Of a stretch of DNA of 64,000 bases, positions 1-12,000 are shown in pieces. The DNA is taken from NCBI RefSeq assembly GCF_018977255.1, contig NW_024704742.1:138386001-138450000 (forward strand). The letters are read 5' to 3'. The notes beneath the pieces were generated by a model, which made no database searches, was not told the origin of the DNA, and was given only the letters and a program-made list of their open reading frames with translations. Within the stretch, counting starts at the first letter, position 1. Each line of letters opens with the position of its first letter. The position numbers were made by a program, and so were the translations under genes. This stretch comes from Callorhinchus milii (Eukaryota).

Positions 1-1495
1 ACCAACAAAATATACAGTCAATTCACTTTATAGTATATTCTGTGAAGCGCTTTGAGAAGTTTTGAAGACATGATAAGGCAATATATCAAATGCAAGGATT
101 GTTATATTATTATTATCCCTGTGTTATCCAGTGTCCCCTAAAGGGCTAGGAAAGATTTCAGCCAAGTGTGATTCTCTCTGTCAGCGCAGTAAAGCAGAGA
201 CGGGGACCGCAAATAGTTTTAGCTTTTAATCGACAGATACTTTGGTTTTAAAACACTCTCCTCCTTCTAATCGCTGTTCTGATGATTTGATCTCACATTT
301 AATGCAGAACTGAGCTAAGCCTGATCATTAGGTAGGTGTGGCCTTCAGCACCCAGACCTCTCCTTCAGTTTCCTTAAACAACCATGTTGATCCTCAAAGT
401 AATTTAAGAAATGAAAAATGTGGCCAGGCTGGTCTTGGGAATAAAGGCAGATTTATTCGCAGATTATTGTTTTTGTAAGAGAAAGCTCCAGGGCAAGCTT
501 CCAAAACAACTGGCACTTCCTACCACCTTTCACATAGGGGGGGAACATCTCAAAGCGCTTTACAGACACAGTGGACGCCTATCAGAGCGGAGGTCTTATT
601 AAAGAATTCAGGAGCCTATAAGCTTTATCGTGGAGTTCCTGTAGAATTTTGATTAGAGCGAACGAGAGAATCCGGTTTCGATTCCCAGGCAGGATGAACC
701 CGTAGGCAAGTTTCCTTACTCCGCACACCTCTGTTTACCAGCAGTAAACAGGGGTAATAATTTTTCACTTTTTTTAAAAATAATACTAATTTAGTCATTG
801 AATCCACAACTGTTTGTGGGACACCTCTGTGCACAATTGGCTGCCACATTTCACCAACAAAATATACAGTCAACTCACTTTACAGTATACTCTGTGAAGT
901 GCTTTGAGATGTCTTGAAGACGTGATAAGCCGCTATATCAAATGTAAGGATTATTATATATTATACAATTACTATAGAAGTACTATGTAAATGCAAATTG
1001 TGAAATGTACAGAAAACCAATTTCAAAATTAAGGCTGTATTAAAGAATTTGCCAAATTGTGTTTGTGTTTAAGGGGATTTTTATTCTTAGGAGATTTTAA
1101 ACCGAGACCTCATGCGTGTCTTTTCAGGTGTATGTTAAAGATCCCACAACACTATTGGAAAAGAGAAGGATATTTCTCCCTTAGCTGGCAATCCTCCACA
1201 TGAAATGATCACTAACTTCATAGCTGTCTGCAAATTTGCTGACACGCTTGCTTACAAATACACAAGCGACTGCACTTGACAGTAATAGCCTATGAAATGC
1301 TTTGAGACAGTTTAACATTGCGGACAGTGTAATTACACATGCAGTCAAGCAACAACAGCAACAACTTCGATTAATATAGCGCCCTCCACGCCGGACGGCG
1401 TCTCGGAGCTTCATGTCTGGTTGTTCAGTGTTATTTCACAGTCCATTGAGAACCTTGATCTACAGATTAATCTGTCATCAGATTATGTCATTTAT

Positions 1496-1811
1496 GGAGT
1501 CCTGTAGCTCAGTGGTTAGAGCACTCGCTTTGCAAGTGAGAGACCTGAGTTCAATGCCAGGCAGAGGGCGAAACCTTGGGCAAGTTTCCTTACTCCACAC
1601 GTCTAATAATAATCCCTCCAAAAACAATAATAAATTGGTCATTTTCAATCTACGACTGTTTGTGGGACATTGCTGTGCGCAATTGGCTGCCGCGTTCGCC
1701 CACAAATATACAGTCAATTCACTTTACAGTGTGTTCTGTGAAGCGCTTTAGGACGTCCTCTCGACGTGAAAAGCGCTATATCAAATGCAAGGATTATTAT
1801 TATTATTATTA
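1496..1811 (+). mobile_element. tRNA-derived SINE, short young subfamily (sister copy 22813-23139)
   Basis: tRNA-like head with A box (tagctcagtgg) and B box (gttcaa), Deu-like core (ctgtttgtgggac...aattggctgccgcg), L2-type tail and (ATT)n. Confidence 0.9.
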
Positions 1812-3022
1812 TCAATTCTGGTTCCAATGGACCATTACTTCTCATGTGTCTGCATAACAACTTTTTCTTTCTATCAGTACTGGATCCTATTTTTAGATCC
1901 TTATTTGTCTAATTTATGGAGTCAGACACATGTTTGAAAGGAAGGCCTGTCTTAGGACCGAGCCTTCGGTCACCTTCCTACCCCAAATAATAATAACCCT
2001 TGCATTTGATATAGCGCCTTATCACATCTTCGAGACTTTTCACAGAATATACAGAAAATACTGTGAATTGACTGTATATTTTGTGACCGAAATGCGGCAG
2101 ACAATTGTGCACAGCAGTGTCCCACAAACAGTCGTGGATTGAGTGAACAAATTATTATTTTTTTCAAGGGATTATTACCCCGGGAAAAGCGATGCACCTT
2201 TTTACTAACAATCGAGTTCTGACTTGCTGCTGGTAAACAGAGGCGTGTGGCGTAAGGGAATGCCTAACGTCTTGCCCTGCCTGGAAAATGAACCCAGGTG
2301 CTGTCACTGGTGAGGCGAGTGCTCTAACCACTACGCTGCAGGACTCCTACCCTCCACCGCTCCTGATCCCAACCCCGGCTCGGGTCCAAATTGTTGACTG
2401 TCCAGAGCCTTGGGACGTCCCCCCACCGAGAAAGGTGCTGTGTAATGTGTTGTTATTATGTGCTCAGTTTCTTAAGCATTCATGATTTGTAAGCTTGCAT
2501 GTGTGCGCGTGTGCACTTGTTGCACAAGTGTATATCTTTAGGAGGGGCTAATTTTGTGGTCCAGTTGGTTTAAATCCCCATGTTGAGGGCTTTGAGCCCA
2601 CAGTCCAAGCTGATACTCCAGGGAAGCGCTGTGTTGCTGGAGGTACCAACCTTCTCATGAGGGGTTAAACCAGTCCAGTTCTGATGAAGGGTCGTGGACC
2701 CGAAACGTTGACTCACTTTCCTTTCTAAGCAACCTGTCCTCATAATTTAACCCTTTTATCCGTGGCATTATTCTGGTGAACTCACCCCATTGTGAGCAAA
2801 ATGGCTTGTCTACACCATATAGTTGCTGCATTTGAACATTTATGTAAAAAAAATTAATAGTGGAAAAAATCTTTTTGTTTCAGTGAATTCCATGGTGAAG
2901 GATTCTGTCGTTTATTTCCTCTGGAACCGATCGACAGCAACAACAACAAGTTGCATTTATATAGCGCCTTTCAAGTCAGAAAGATGTCCCAAAGCACTGG
3001 AACAACGACCGAGGGTGGAACA

Positions 3023-3089
3023 ATGAAGTTGTTTGTGTTTTTAGTACTTTTTTTATTTGAGTCACATTTGGCAAGTGGACAGAATGGAG
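3023..3089 (+). CDS. Receptor coding exon 1: signal peptide [22 protein letters not shown]
   Basis: ATG with A at -3, hydrophobic core, strong donor G|GTAAGT at 3090, phase 1 joins GAT (D) with the next exon. Likely acceptor ttgtttcag at 2883. Confidence 0.85.
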
Positions 3090-6000
3090 GTAAGTATAAT
3101 AATAATAATCTTTGCATTTGACATCTCAAAGCACTTCACAGAATACACTGTAAAGTGAATTGACTATGTATTTTGTGGGTGAAACACGACACCCAGTTGT
3201 GAATGGCAGTGTCCCACAAACAGTCGTGGATTGAATGACTAAATTATTAGTTCATGAATTATCCAAAATTACACCCCATCTTAAAATTTAATACCTTGAT
3301 CTTAAGCCACAGAATACTAAATAATAATCCTTTTTTTGATATAGAGCCTATAATGCCAAAACATTTCCAAATGAGTCACAGGTCATTGCTCTAAGGCATA
3401 GTGATATTTTGTTTATAGGAAGGTCAGCCAATTTATGCACAGAAACTTCCCCCAATCATGATGTGGATGATTGATTTATCTGGAGGATCGTTGGGCATGA
3501 TACCAGGAGAAACATGTCTTTTCCAATTGTGTTGCCAGATCTGTAAAGTTGCCCTGAACAGCTCACTTCACTCCTCCCAACACAGCATCCCTTCCCTCAT
3601 TACCGCATTGGAGGGTCAGGCCTGGCTGGGTTGTGAGCTCAAGTCCTCACATGGGCCTTCACAATCTTCATAATAATAACAGTAATAATCCTTGCATTTG
3701 ATATAGCCCCTTATCATGTCTTTGAGACGTCTTAAAGGGCTTTACAGAATATAGTGTAAAGTAAATTGGCTGTGTATTCTGTGGGCCAAACGCAGCAGTC
3801 AATTGCCCACAGCAGTGTCCCACAAACAGTCGTGGATTGAGTGACCAAATTTTTTTAAAATTATAATTTTTGAAAAGATTAGTATCCCTGGAATGGTGAT
3901 CTACTAATCAACTAACAACTGGGTTCCTACTCACTGCTGGTAAACAGAGGCATGTGGAATAAGGAAACTTGCCCAGTGTTTTGCCCTACTGGGAATCGAA
4001 CCCAGATCCTCTCGCTTGTGAGGCGAGCGCTCTAACCACTGAGCTACAGGACTCCACTGCATTGAGGACAGATGCCTAGGAATTTGCAGTTGGTGGAATA
4101 GTTGGTTTGTCAACAAACACACATTTCTGACAGTAAAATACAGACTATTGTTTCCATGTGTTAAGTGTGGAGAAAGCAAAATAAACTGTTTTCATAACCA
4201 ATCAGTCCACCCAAGTCAGTTTGAAGCCTGCTAAGCCAGGCTATAAGGCTATAATACGTACGGGATAGATTGTCTTTGTATCTTTGCAGCCTGTGTCCTC
4301 TCCCACACAGGCTCTGTAGCCTGACATCACACACATCCTCACTCAGATCCATTGGCTCCCCAACCCACAGCGGATCAAGTTCAAGATCCTCTTTCGCACC
4401 TTATAAATCCCTTCAATGTCTCACCCCACAGTATATAGTCTGGGATGTGACATGTGCAACCTCCTTCAACCCTACCAACCTGGCCACTCCCTTCGCTCAG
4501 CGAACACCAACCTGCTGCACCAGGATCTGGCCTGCTTCACGTCCCCTGCCTCACTCGCCCCACTATCAATGGGCAGGCCTTCCGCCACTCTGCACCTATC
4601 CTCTGGAACTCCATCCCACAGTCCCTCCGTCTCGCCTCCTCCCTCGCCACCTTCAAGACCCACCTCGAGACCCTCCTCTTCGACCGTGCTTTCGATCTAT
4701 CTGCGCCACCCCTAGCCCCCTCCCCTTCCCCATCCCGACCCTCAGCTCGGTTCCGTAACTCTGTCTGTCCAGGGCCTTGGGACGTCCTTCCAACGTGAAA
4801 GGTGCTATACACATGTAATTTTGTTGTTGTTGTTGCTGCATGCCTTCTACCCTCCCTGCCCACATTGGCTGGGAGTCATTCTGCCTCCACTCTCTGGAAT
4901 TGCATCCCAAAGACCCTCCAACTCGCTCCCTCGTCTCTTTCAAGACACACCTCAAAACCTACATCTTTGACCGTGCTTTCGGTCACCGTGTTGCATTTGG
5001 AACAGGAAAAGAGCTGGGACATGTAACAGCCAATCTGACACCTGAGGCAGGACGCTGTGACTTTCCAAATTGTTTCTACCCAAGCAGCTTGTATTTCAAG
5101 CTGGGATGTCTTTCTGGCGGGATGGATGTGTCATTTGTTGTGGTTGTTGTTGTACTGGCCTGAACTTATTAATTGCACCAGAGATAGAACCACATTGCTT
5201 TCTGTCCACCTTGGCTTTTCAAGTCACTAACCAGTAGATCACTAGCTCACTGTCCAGCGCTTTGGGACGTCCTCCCGACTTGAAAGGCGCTCTATAAATG
5301 GAATCTTGTTGTTGTTGTTGTAGAGCGATTGGCCCATTGGGAGGACATCTCAAAGTGCTTAAATATCAATGAGATATGTAGGGGGAGAAATAATTAATAA
5401 TAATAATCCCTGTATTTGATACAGCGCTTTATCATGTCGCCAAGACGTCCCCAAGGGCTTCACAGGATATATACTATAAGTGGATTCACTTTGTATTTTG
5501 TGGGCAAAACTCGGCAGCTATGTTACAAACAGCCATGGAGTGAGCGAACAATTTTATTTGGAGAGAGAAACTCCTTCTCTTTTTAAATCTTGCCGCGGGA
5601 TCTTTAACATCCACCTGAACAGGTGGACGGGATCTCGGTTTAACGTCTTGTCCAAAGGACGGCAAACCCACAATTCAATTCCCCCCCACCCCACCCAGCA
5701 CTGCATTGGAGCATCAGCATAGACTGTAATTCAAGTCCAGACGTGGGGCTTGAGCCAACAACCTTCTGACTCAGAGGCGATAGAGAGAGCGTTACCACTG
5801 AGCCAGACTGATGCAGCTTCAAGTTATTGAATAGAAGAGGCTTTGAGTTTATTGCAAGTATAAACAGGACTTTGGCTCCTATCACAAATCATAGTTGATT
5901 TATTTTAGGTGATTTACTTGGCACCAGAATAGCACAATAGAGTGGTGTGGTGGTTTCCATAGTGCAATGTGTAAGCCAGGTCATTGCTGAGTATTCCAGG

Positions 6001-9000
6001 GCTCTGCTGGTGATGGACCAGCCAGCCTGGTTCATCGGCAGGACCTGGAGAGGTAGACTCAGCTCTTGTCAATACTGTGAGTCAAAGCCCTAACGGGGAG
6101 GGTGGTCCTAGCTGGACAAGCAACGGGAAGCCAGGCAGTGCTCTCAATGGCCAAGCTGTGTGGGTTTAGCTGGTTAGACTCCAGCAGTTATCCCAACACG
6201 CACTCTGGGCACTCTGGGCTCCCCCAAGCCTTAGCTTTCACCAACCTGCGCCTAGTACTCTCCAGACTTAGATAAGCAGGATGTGTCTCTCCAGAGAGAA
6301 AGTGCGCATTCCATTCCAGACACAGAGAAATTTCATGCGTAGGTGGGAAACATATGTAGAATTCTCATGTTTGGCATTGGATACTTGTCACCATGATGAA
6401 GGGTTCCTATATACCCACACCTGGAATGTAATAATAATCCTTGCATTTGATATAGCGCTTTTCATGTCTTCGAGACGTCCCAAAGCGCTTCACAGAATAT
6501 ACTGTAAAGTGAATTGACTGTATATTTGTGGGCGAACGCAGCAGCCAATTGTGCACAGCAGCGTCCCACAAACAGTCATGAATTGAAAATGACCAATTTA
6601 TTATTGTTTTGTTGTTTTGGAGGGATTATTATTAGGCTCTGTGTGGAATAAGTGGGACACTGTTGTGCGCAATTGGCTCCCACATTCCGTCCACAAAATG
6701 TGCAATTTTACAGCATCCAATTCACTTTACAGGATAATCTGTGAAGCACTTTGAGACGTCTCAACGACGATGTAATGCGCTGTATCAAATGCAAGGATTC
6801 AGTCAATTCACCTTACAATATATATGCCAAGAGAAAGCAAGTTACGTCAAGACAAGTAACCATTTCTGGAGGCTGATGCTTTATGTATTTAGCGCCGTCT
6901 ACTGTCAGATTGATATAATGCATAAGAAGGGCACACAGACAGAGGCTCGTAATGCCACCTTGTGCAGAATAGTGGAAAATTCTTAGTCAGGAACTGGGAG
7001 CTGCTGTGAAATTTCAGGCCTTGGGCATCAAACATCCCTTAACAACAGCAGCAGCAAAATTACATTTATATAATCCTGTAATCCTGTAATTTAGTGGTTA
7101 GAGCACTCGCGAGCGAGGGGACCTGGGTTCGATACGTTGGGCAAGTTTCCTTACTCCACACACCTCTGGTTATCTAGCAGCAGTAAGTAGGAACCCGGTT
7201 GTTAGTCGATTGGCAGATCACTTTCTGGGGGTAATAATCCCTTCAAAAAAATAATAAATTGGTCACTCAATTTATGACTGTTTGTGGTACACTGCTGTAT
7301 GCAATTGGCTGCCGCGTTTCACCCACAAAATACACAAAGTCAATTCACTTTACGGTGTATCCTGTGAAACGCTTTGAGACATCTCAACGACATGACTAAC
7401 AATCAGATTCCTACTTACTGCTAAGTATCCAGAGGAGTGTGGAGTAAGGAAACTTGCCCAACATTTCGACCTGCCTGGGAATCAAACCCAGGTCCTTTCT
7501 CTTGCGATACACATTACAATGCATTACTGTTGTATTATTGTACTAACTGTGTGTTTCTGTAGATCCTCCAGAAGCACCTACTGATCTACGTTGCCTATCC
7601 CAGAGCCTCGCCACTATCGTCTGTTCATGGAACCCAAACACAAGCCTCGATACCACCTACACTGTCTGCCAGGAGTGAGTCTTTATTACTTTCCAATGGG
7701 GCAGTTCGGAAGCCCTCGAACAACAAACATGTGCCTCTTACCATCCGCTCACTGCTGGGAAGAACAGCCCATGACTTCTCTCAATTCATTGTGAAAGCGC
7801 CAATTCGATTTCAAGATCCTCATCTTTGCCTTCAAATCCCTTCATGTCCTGGCACCTCCCTATCTCTCCGACCTGCTTGTTCCCCAACCCACTATCCGCT
7901 TCCTCCCCTTGACTGGCTCAGGCCTCCTGCATGTCCCTTGTCCCCTCCGTTGCACCATTGTTAGCAGCGCTTTCAGCCACTAAGCCCAGAAACTTTGGAA
8001 CACTCTTCCCCTATCCCTCCGCCTTGCCCTCTCCTCCCCCATCTTCAGATCACGCCTGAAGACCTTCCCTCGACCGTGCCTAAGGTCATTTCCCCTCCCC
8101 CTGGCTTGGTGTCAAGCTCTAGGACGCTGCCCTGTGTGAGGGGCGCTGTGTAAATGCAAGTTATTGTTGTCGTTTTCTTTTGGCGTGTGTGTTTCTCAGA
8201 CTATAGCATTCAAGTAATTATCAAAAAAAAGATCAAAATAGCCTCTCTGCCCCCACCCTTTGAAACTTCATCCCACAGTCTCTTTGCCTCGCCTTCTTCT
8301 CCTTCAGGCATGTCTCAAGACCCTCCTCTTCGACCGCGCCTTCAGCCACCCTCCTACCCCTCCCCTCCCTCCCCTCCACACCTCCTTCGAGGTTGTCCAG
8401 CATCTTGGGACGTCCTCCCAATGTGAAAGGCTCCGTGTAAATGTAATGTGTTGTTGTTGAATGAGATATGTTTAGTGTTTACAAGCTGTATTGTGTTTTA
8501 CTCTTCGTAGCAGTTCAAGAAAATGCACCTCAGTGGGAAGAAACACCTCTGTTGAATTACAGTTTTCTCTGTTCAAGACTTTGCAAATAAGAATCATTGC
8601 TAATAATTCCCTGGGCACACAGGAGTCGGATATATTTACAGTGAACGAAAGCAATATCGGTAAGTATTCTTAGTCTCTAAGAAACCAGTCGAAGTCTGAA
8701 GGGATGTGTGGAAAGTGGGATCCTGTAGTGTAGTGGTTAGCGTGCTCATCTCGCAAGAGGGAGGACCAGCGTTCAATTCCCAGGGCAGGGCAAGACCTTA
8801 GGCAACTCCCTTGGCTCGGCCTCGGGCTCCGCCACTGTTAATCGCTCCGAGACGCCTTCCAGCATGAAGGGCGCTATGTAAATGCGAGTTGTTGTTGTTG
8901 TAACTTGCTTGGCTGTTTATCTTGGATCTTGTGTTTCAGTGTTTCAGCCTCACACACCGCGTATGGTCAGGGTGTTCAGAGAGGAATCAGACCTGGAGCT

Positions 9001-12000
9001 GCTGGTGGAGTGGAGCGATGGTGCTGATATGTACAGCTTTGATTTAAATCTCCTGTTCCAGATCCAGGTCATCCAAACACAGAGCCTGAAGGAGGTCGGG
9101 ACAGTAAGTCACATTACACCTCAAGAAAATTTAAGCACGACTTTCATCGTCCATGTTTATTAGCAAATATTATTGTAGTCCTGTAGCTCAGTGGTTAGAG
9201 CACGTGCCTCGCAAGCGAGAGGACCCGGGTTCGATTCCGGGGCAGCGTGAAATGTTCGGCAAGTTTCCTTACTCCACACAACTCTGTTTACCAGCAGTGA
9301 GTAGGAAGCCAATTGATTTGTGGGGGTAATAATCCCTCCAAAAATATAAAAATAAAAAAAACATGTGGCCACTTAACTCACAATCTGCTTAATCTTATGA
9401 AATGGTGAATCACTTCATGGGCCAAATGGTCTCCTCCGTTCTATTCCGATATTACGATTGTGTTTCCGTGGGATAAAACGCAGTATGTAGTTTGGGACAC
9501 GGCATGTCAAACAACTGCAGGATGGTGGAAGGCGAACTGCATGAACCTTGGTCTTCTTTTGCCAATAAAATTCTTAAGTTCTGCCCCAAAAGGCTGTGGA
9601 TTATGGCTGGATCCATTCACATTGTCCAGAATGAGGTGGAGAGATGTTTGTTAGGTCAGGGATCCAGGGATATGGGCAAGGGCGGGTAATTGGAGATGAG
9701 GTACAGATCAGCCATGGTCTTATCAAATGGTGGAACAGGCTCGAAGGGCTGAATGGCCTCCTCCTGTTCTTATATATATATGCATCCAGTTCCTGTTTGG
9801 ATTTTAGGGACTTCTGATAAAAAAAAGTCTGAGAGCATTTGTCAATAGCCTCTAGTGTACAGAGGCTGCTGCCTTGAGAATTGAATCACCAGTTCCTGGG
9901 TTTGTTACTGCAGTTTCCAACAGCTTTGGTTGGTTCTTGCAGGGGAATCGCAGTGTGACTCTGAACCCTGGACATAACCGAATACTGCAGTGGAGCTGGC
10001 TGACAGAGATGCGTTACAATGCACGTCTCACTCTGTGAGAGTCCGCTGTATCAGCAATGAACCTCAGTACCTGTTTGCTGGGATCAAAGCTTGGAGTGAC
10101 TGGAGCCCGTGGTCAACATTGGATGGTAAACTGCTCATTCACCTTCATCTCCATCTCTATCCTGCGGACTGGGGGGTGGGAGGGGTGGAAATGGGCTGTG
10201 GAATCTTGTAGTCAGTGGTTAGAGCACTTGCTCGCAAGTAAGAGGACCTTGGTTCGATTCCGGGCAGGGCAAAACGTTAGGCAAGTTTCCTTACTTCGCA
10301 AGCCTCTGTTTACCTAACAGTAAATAGGAACCCTGTGTTAGTCGATTGGCAGATCGCTTTCCGGGAGTAATAGTCCCTTCAAAAAAAAAAGAATAATTTG
10401 GTCACTCAATCCACGACTGTCTGTGGGACGCTGCTGTGCACAATTGGCTGCCGGCGTTTCGCCCCACAATATATACAGTCAATTCAGGTTACAGTATACC
10501 CTGTGAAGCGCTTTGAGACGTCTCAAAGACATGATAAGGCGCAATATCAAATGCAAGGATTATTATTATTAATCGTGAGTCCATAGAAATAGAGAGGGGT
10601 GGGGGGGGAAGGGGGAGGGGAGATTATAGAGTTGACACCGTTGTTGTTATTCTTTCTGCAGGAGAGGATGTGTCCAATCAAACCAGTAACCATATCTACC
10701 CTAAAGACGCGATCGTCCTGGAAGCAGGAACCAATATGACATTTTGCTGCATCGCTGGTGTGGGAAGTTTTGTTAAAAGACTCACTTATCAAACTATCTG
10801 ATACCACTGATTAAACTGAGCAACAGGAGCACTGCCATCGAAGTGAAGAATCTGACATTCCTCTTAGAAGCCGGAGGCAATGTGTTTTGTGAGCTATCTT
10901 CAGATATCACGGGAGCAGTTATATTTGTTGAAGTACGTATGTCAGTGAGGGGCCTGAACTTATAGAAACTCTCAGAAAGCCACTCAGGGCTTGAGTAGAA
11001 TCATAGAGTCTTATAACACAGAAAAAGGCTGTTTGGCCCATTGTGGCTGTGTTGGCTCTTTGAAAGAGCTACCATCTAGTCCCACTCCCCCGCTCTTACC
11101 CCATCTAGTCCCATTCCCCCACTCTTACCCCATCTAGTCCCACTCCCCCGCTCTTACCCCATCTAGTCCCACTCCCCCGCTCTTACCCCATCTAGTCTCA
11201 CTCCCCCGCGTCTTACCCCATCTAGTCCCACTCCCCCGTCTTACCCCATCTAGTCCCACTCCCCCGCTCTTACCCCATCTAGTCCCCACTCCCCCGCTCT
11301 TACCCAAGTGGTCCCACTCCCCCGCTCTTACCCCATCTAGTCCCACTCCCCCCGCTCTTACCCCATCTAGTCCCACTCCCCCGCTCTTACCCCATCTAGT
11401 CCCACTCCCCTGCTCTTACCCCAACTAGTCCTACTCCCCCGCTCTTACCCCACAGCCCTGCACATGAGATGGCAGAAGGTAGTTTCCTCCAATGTTCTGG
11501 CCAATAATCCCTCAGATACATTGGTCACTTTGGGGCTGATGGTGGGAAATTGCTCTGTGCAAAATCTCGCAACATGAAAGACGCAATACTAATGTGATTT
11601 GTTGTTGTCGTTAAGTGTAGTGACTGTAATTTGTAGGTAATTTGGGTGGAGAGCTCCAGTGTAAAAAGAGCAGGGAATGGAGCTAACTCCAGATAGAGAG
11701 CCTGCGATGACTGTCAAACCCCAGTGATTGTAGGGGAAGAAGACCTGACAAGCCTCTCATTGCAATTGCTCACACACACAGCTCTGTCCCCTTTGTGGAC
11801 TATTTCCCCTTTTCTAAACCACACGTACCAGGCCCGTCTCAAACTTGCCAACTTACTTTCATCTCCAAAGTCCTGGAATGTATTGTTGCCAACCAACTTT
11901 GCTCACACTTTGCTCCAGTGCCTACTCGAGCCCTTCCTGTCTGGTGTCCACCCTGTCCACTGTACGGAGACAGTGATTTTGTCAAAATCACACCCACAAC

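Noticed and set aside
1..2883. Promoter or first non-coding exon of the receptor
   Set aside because: No CpG island or clear exon is visible. The region is mostly SINE fragments, and the TSS cannot be placed from sequence alone.
5126..5230. [17 protein letters not shown] as an alternative signal exon
   Set aside because: No phase-1 donor before the stop.
6830..6950. [20 protein letters not shown]...KKG, superficially like the LIFR signal region
   Set aside because: No convincing acceptor or strong donor. The exon at 3023-3089 fits much better.
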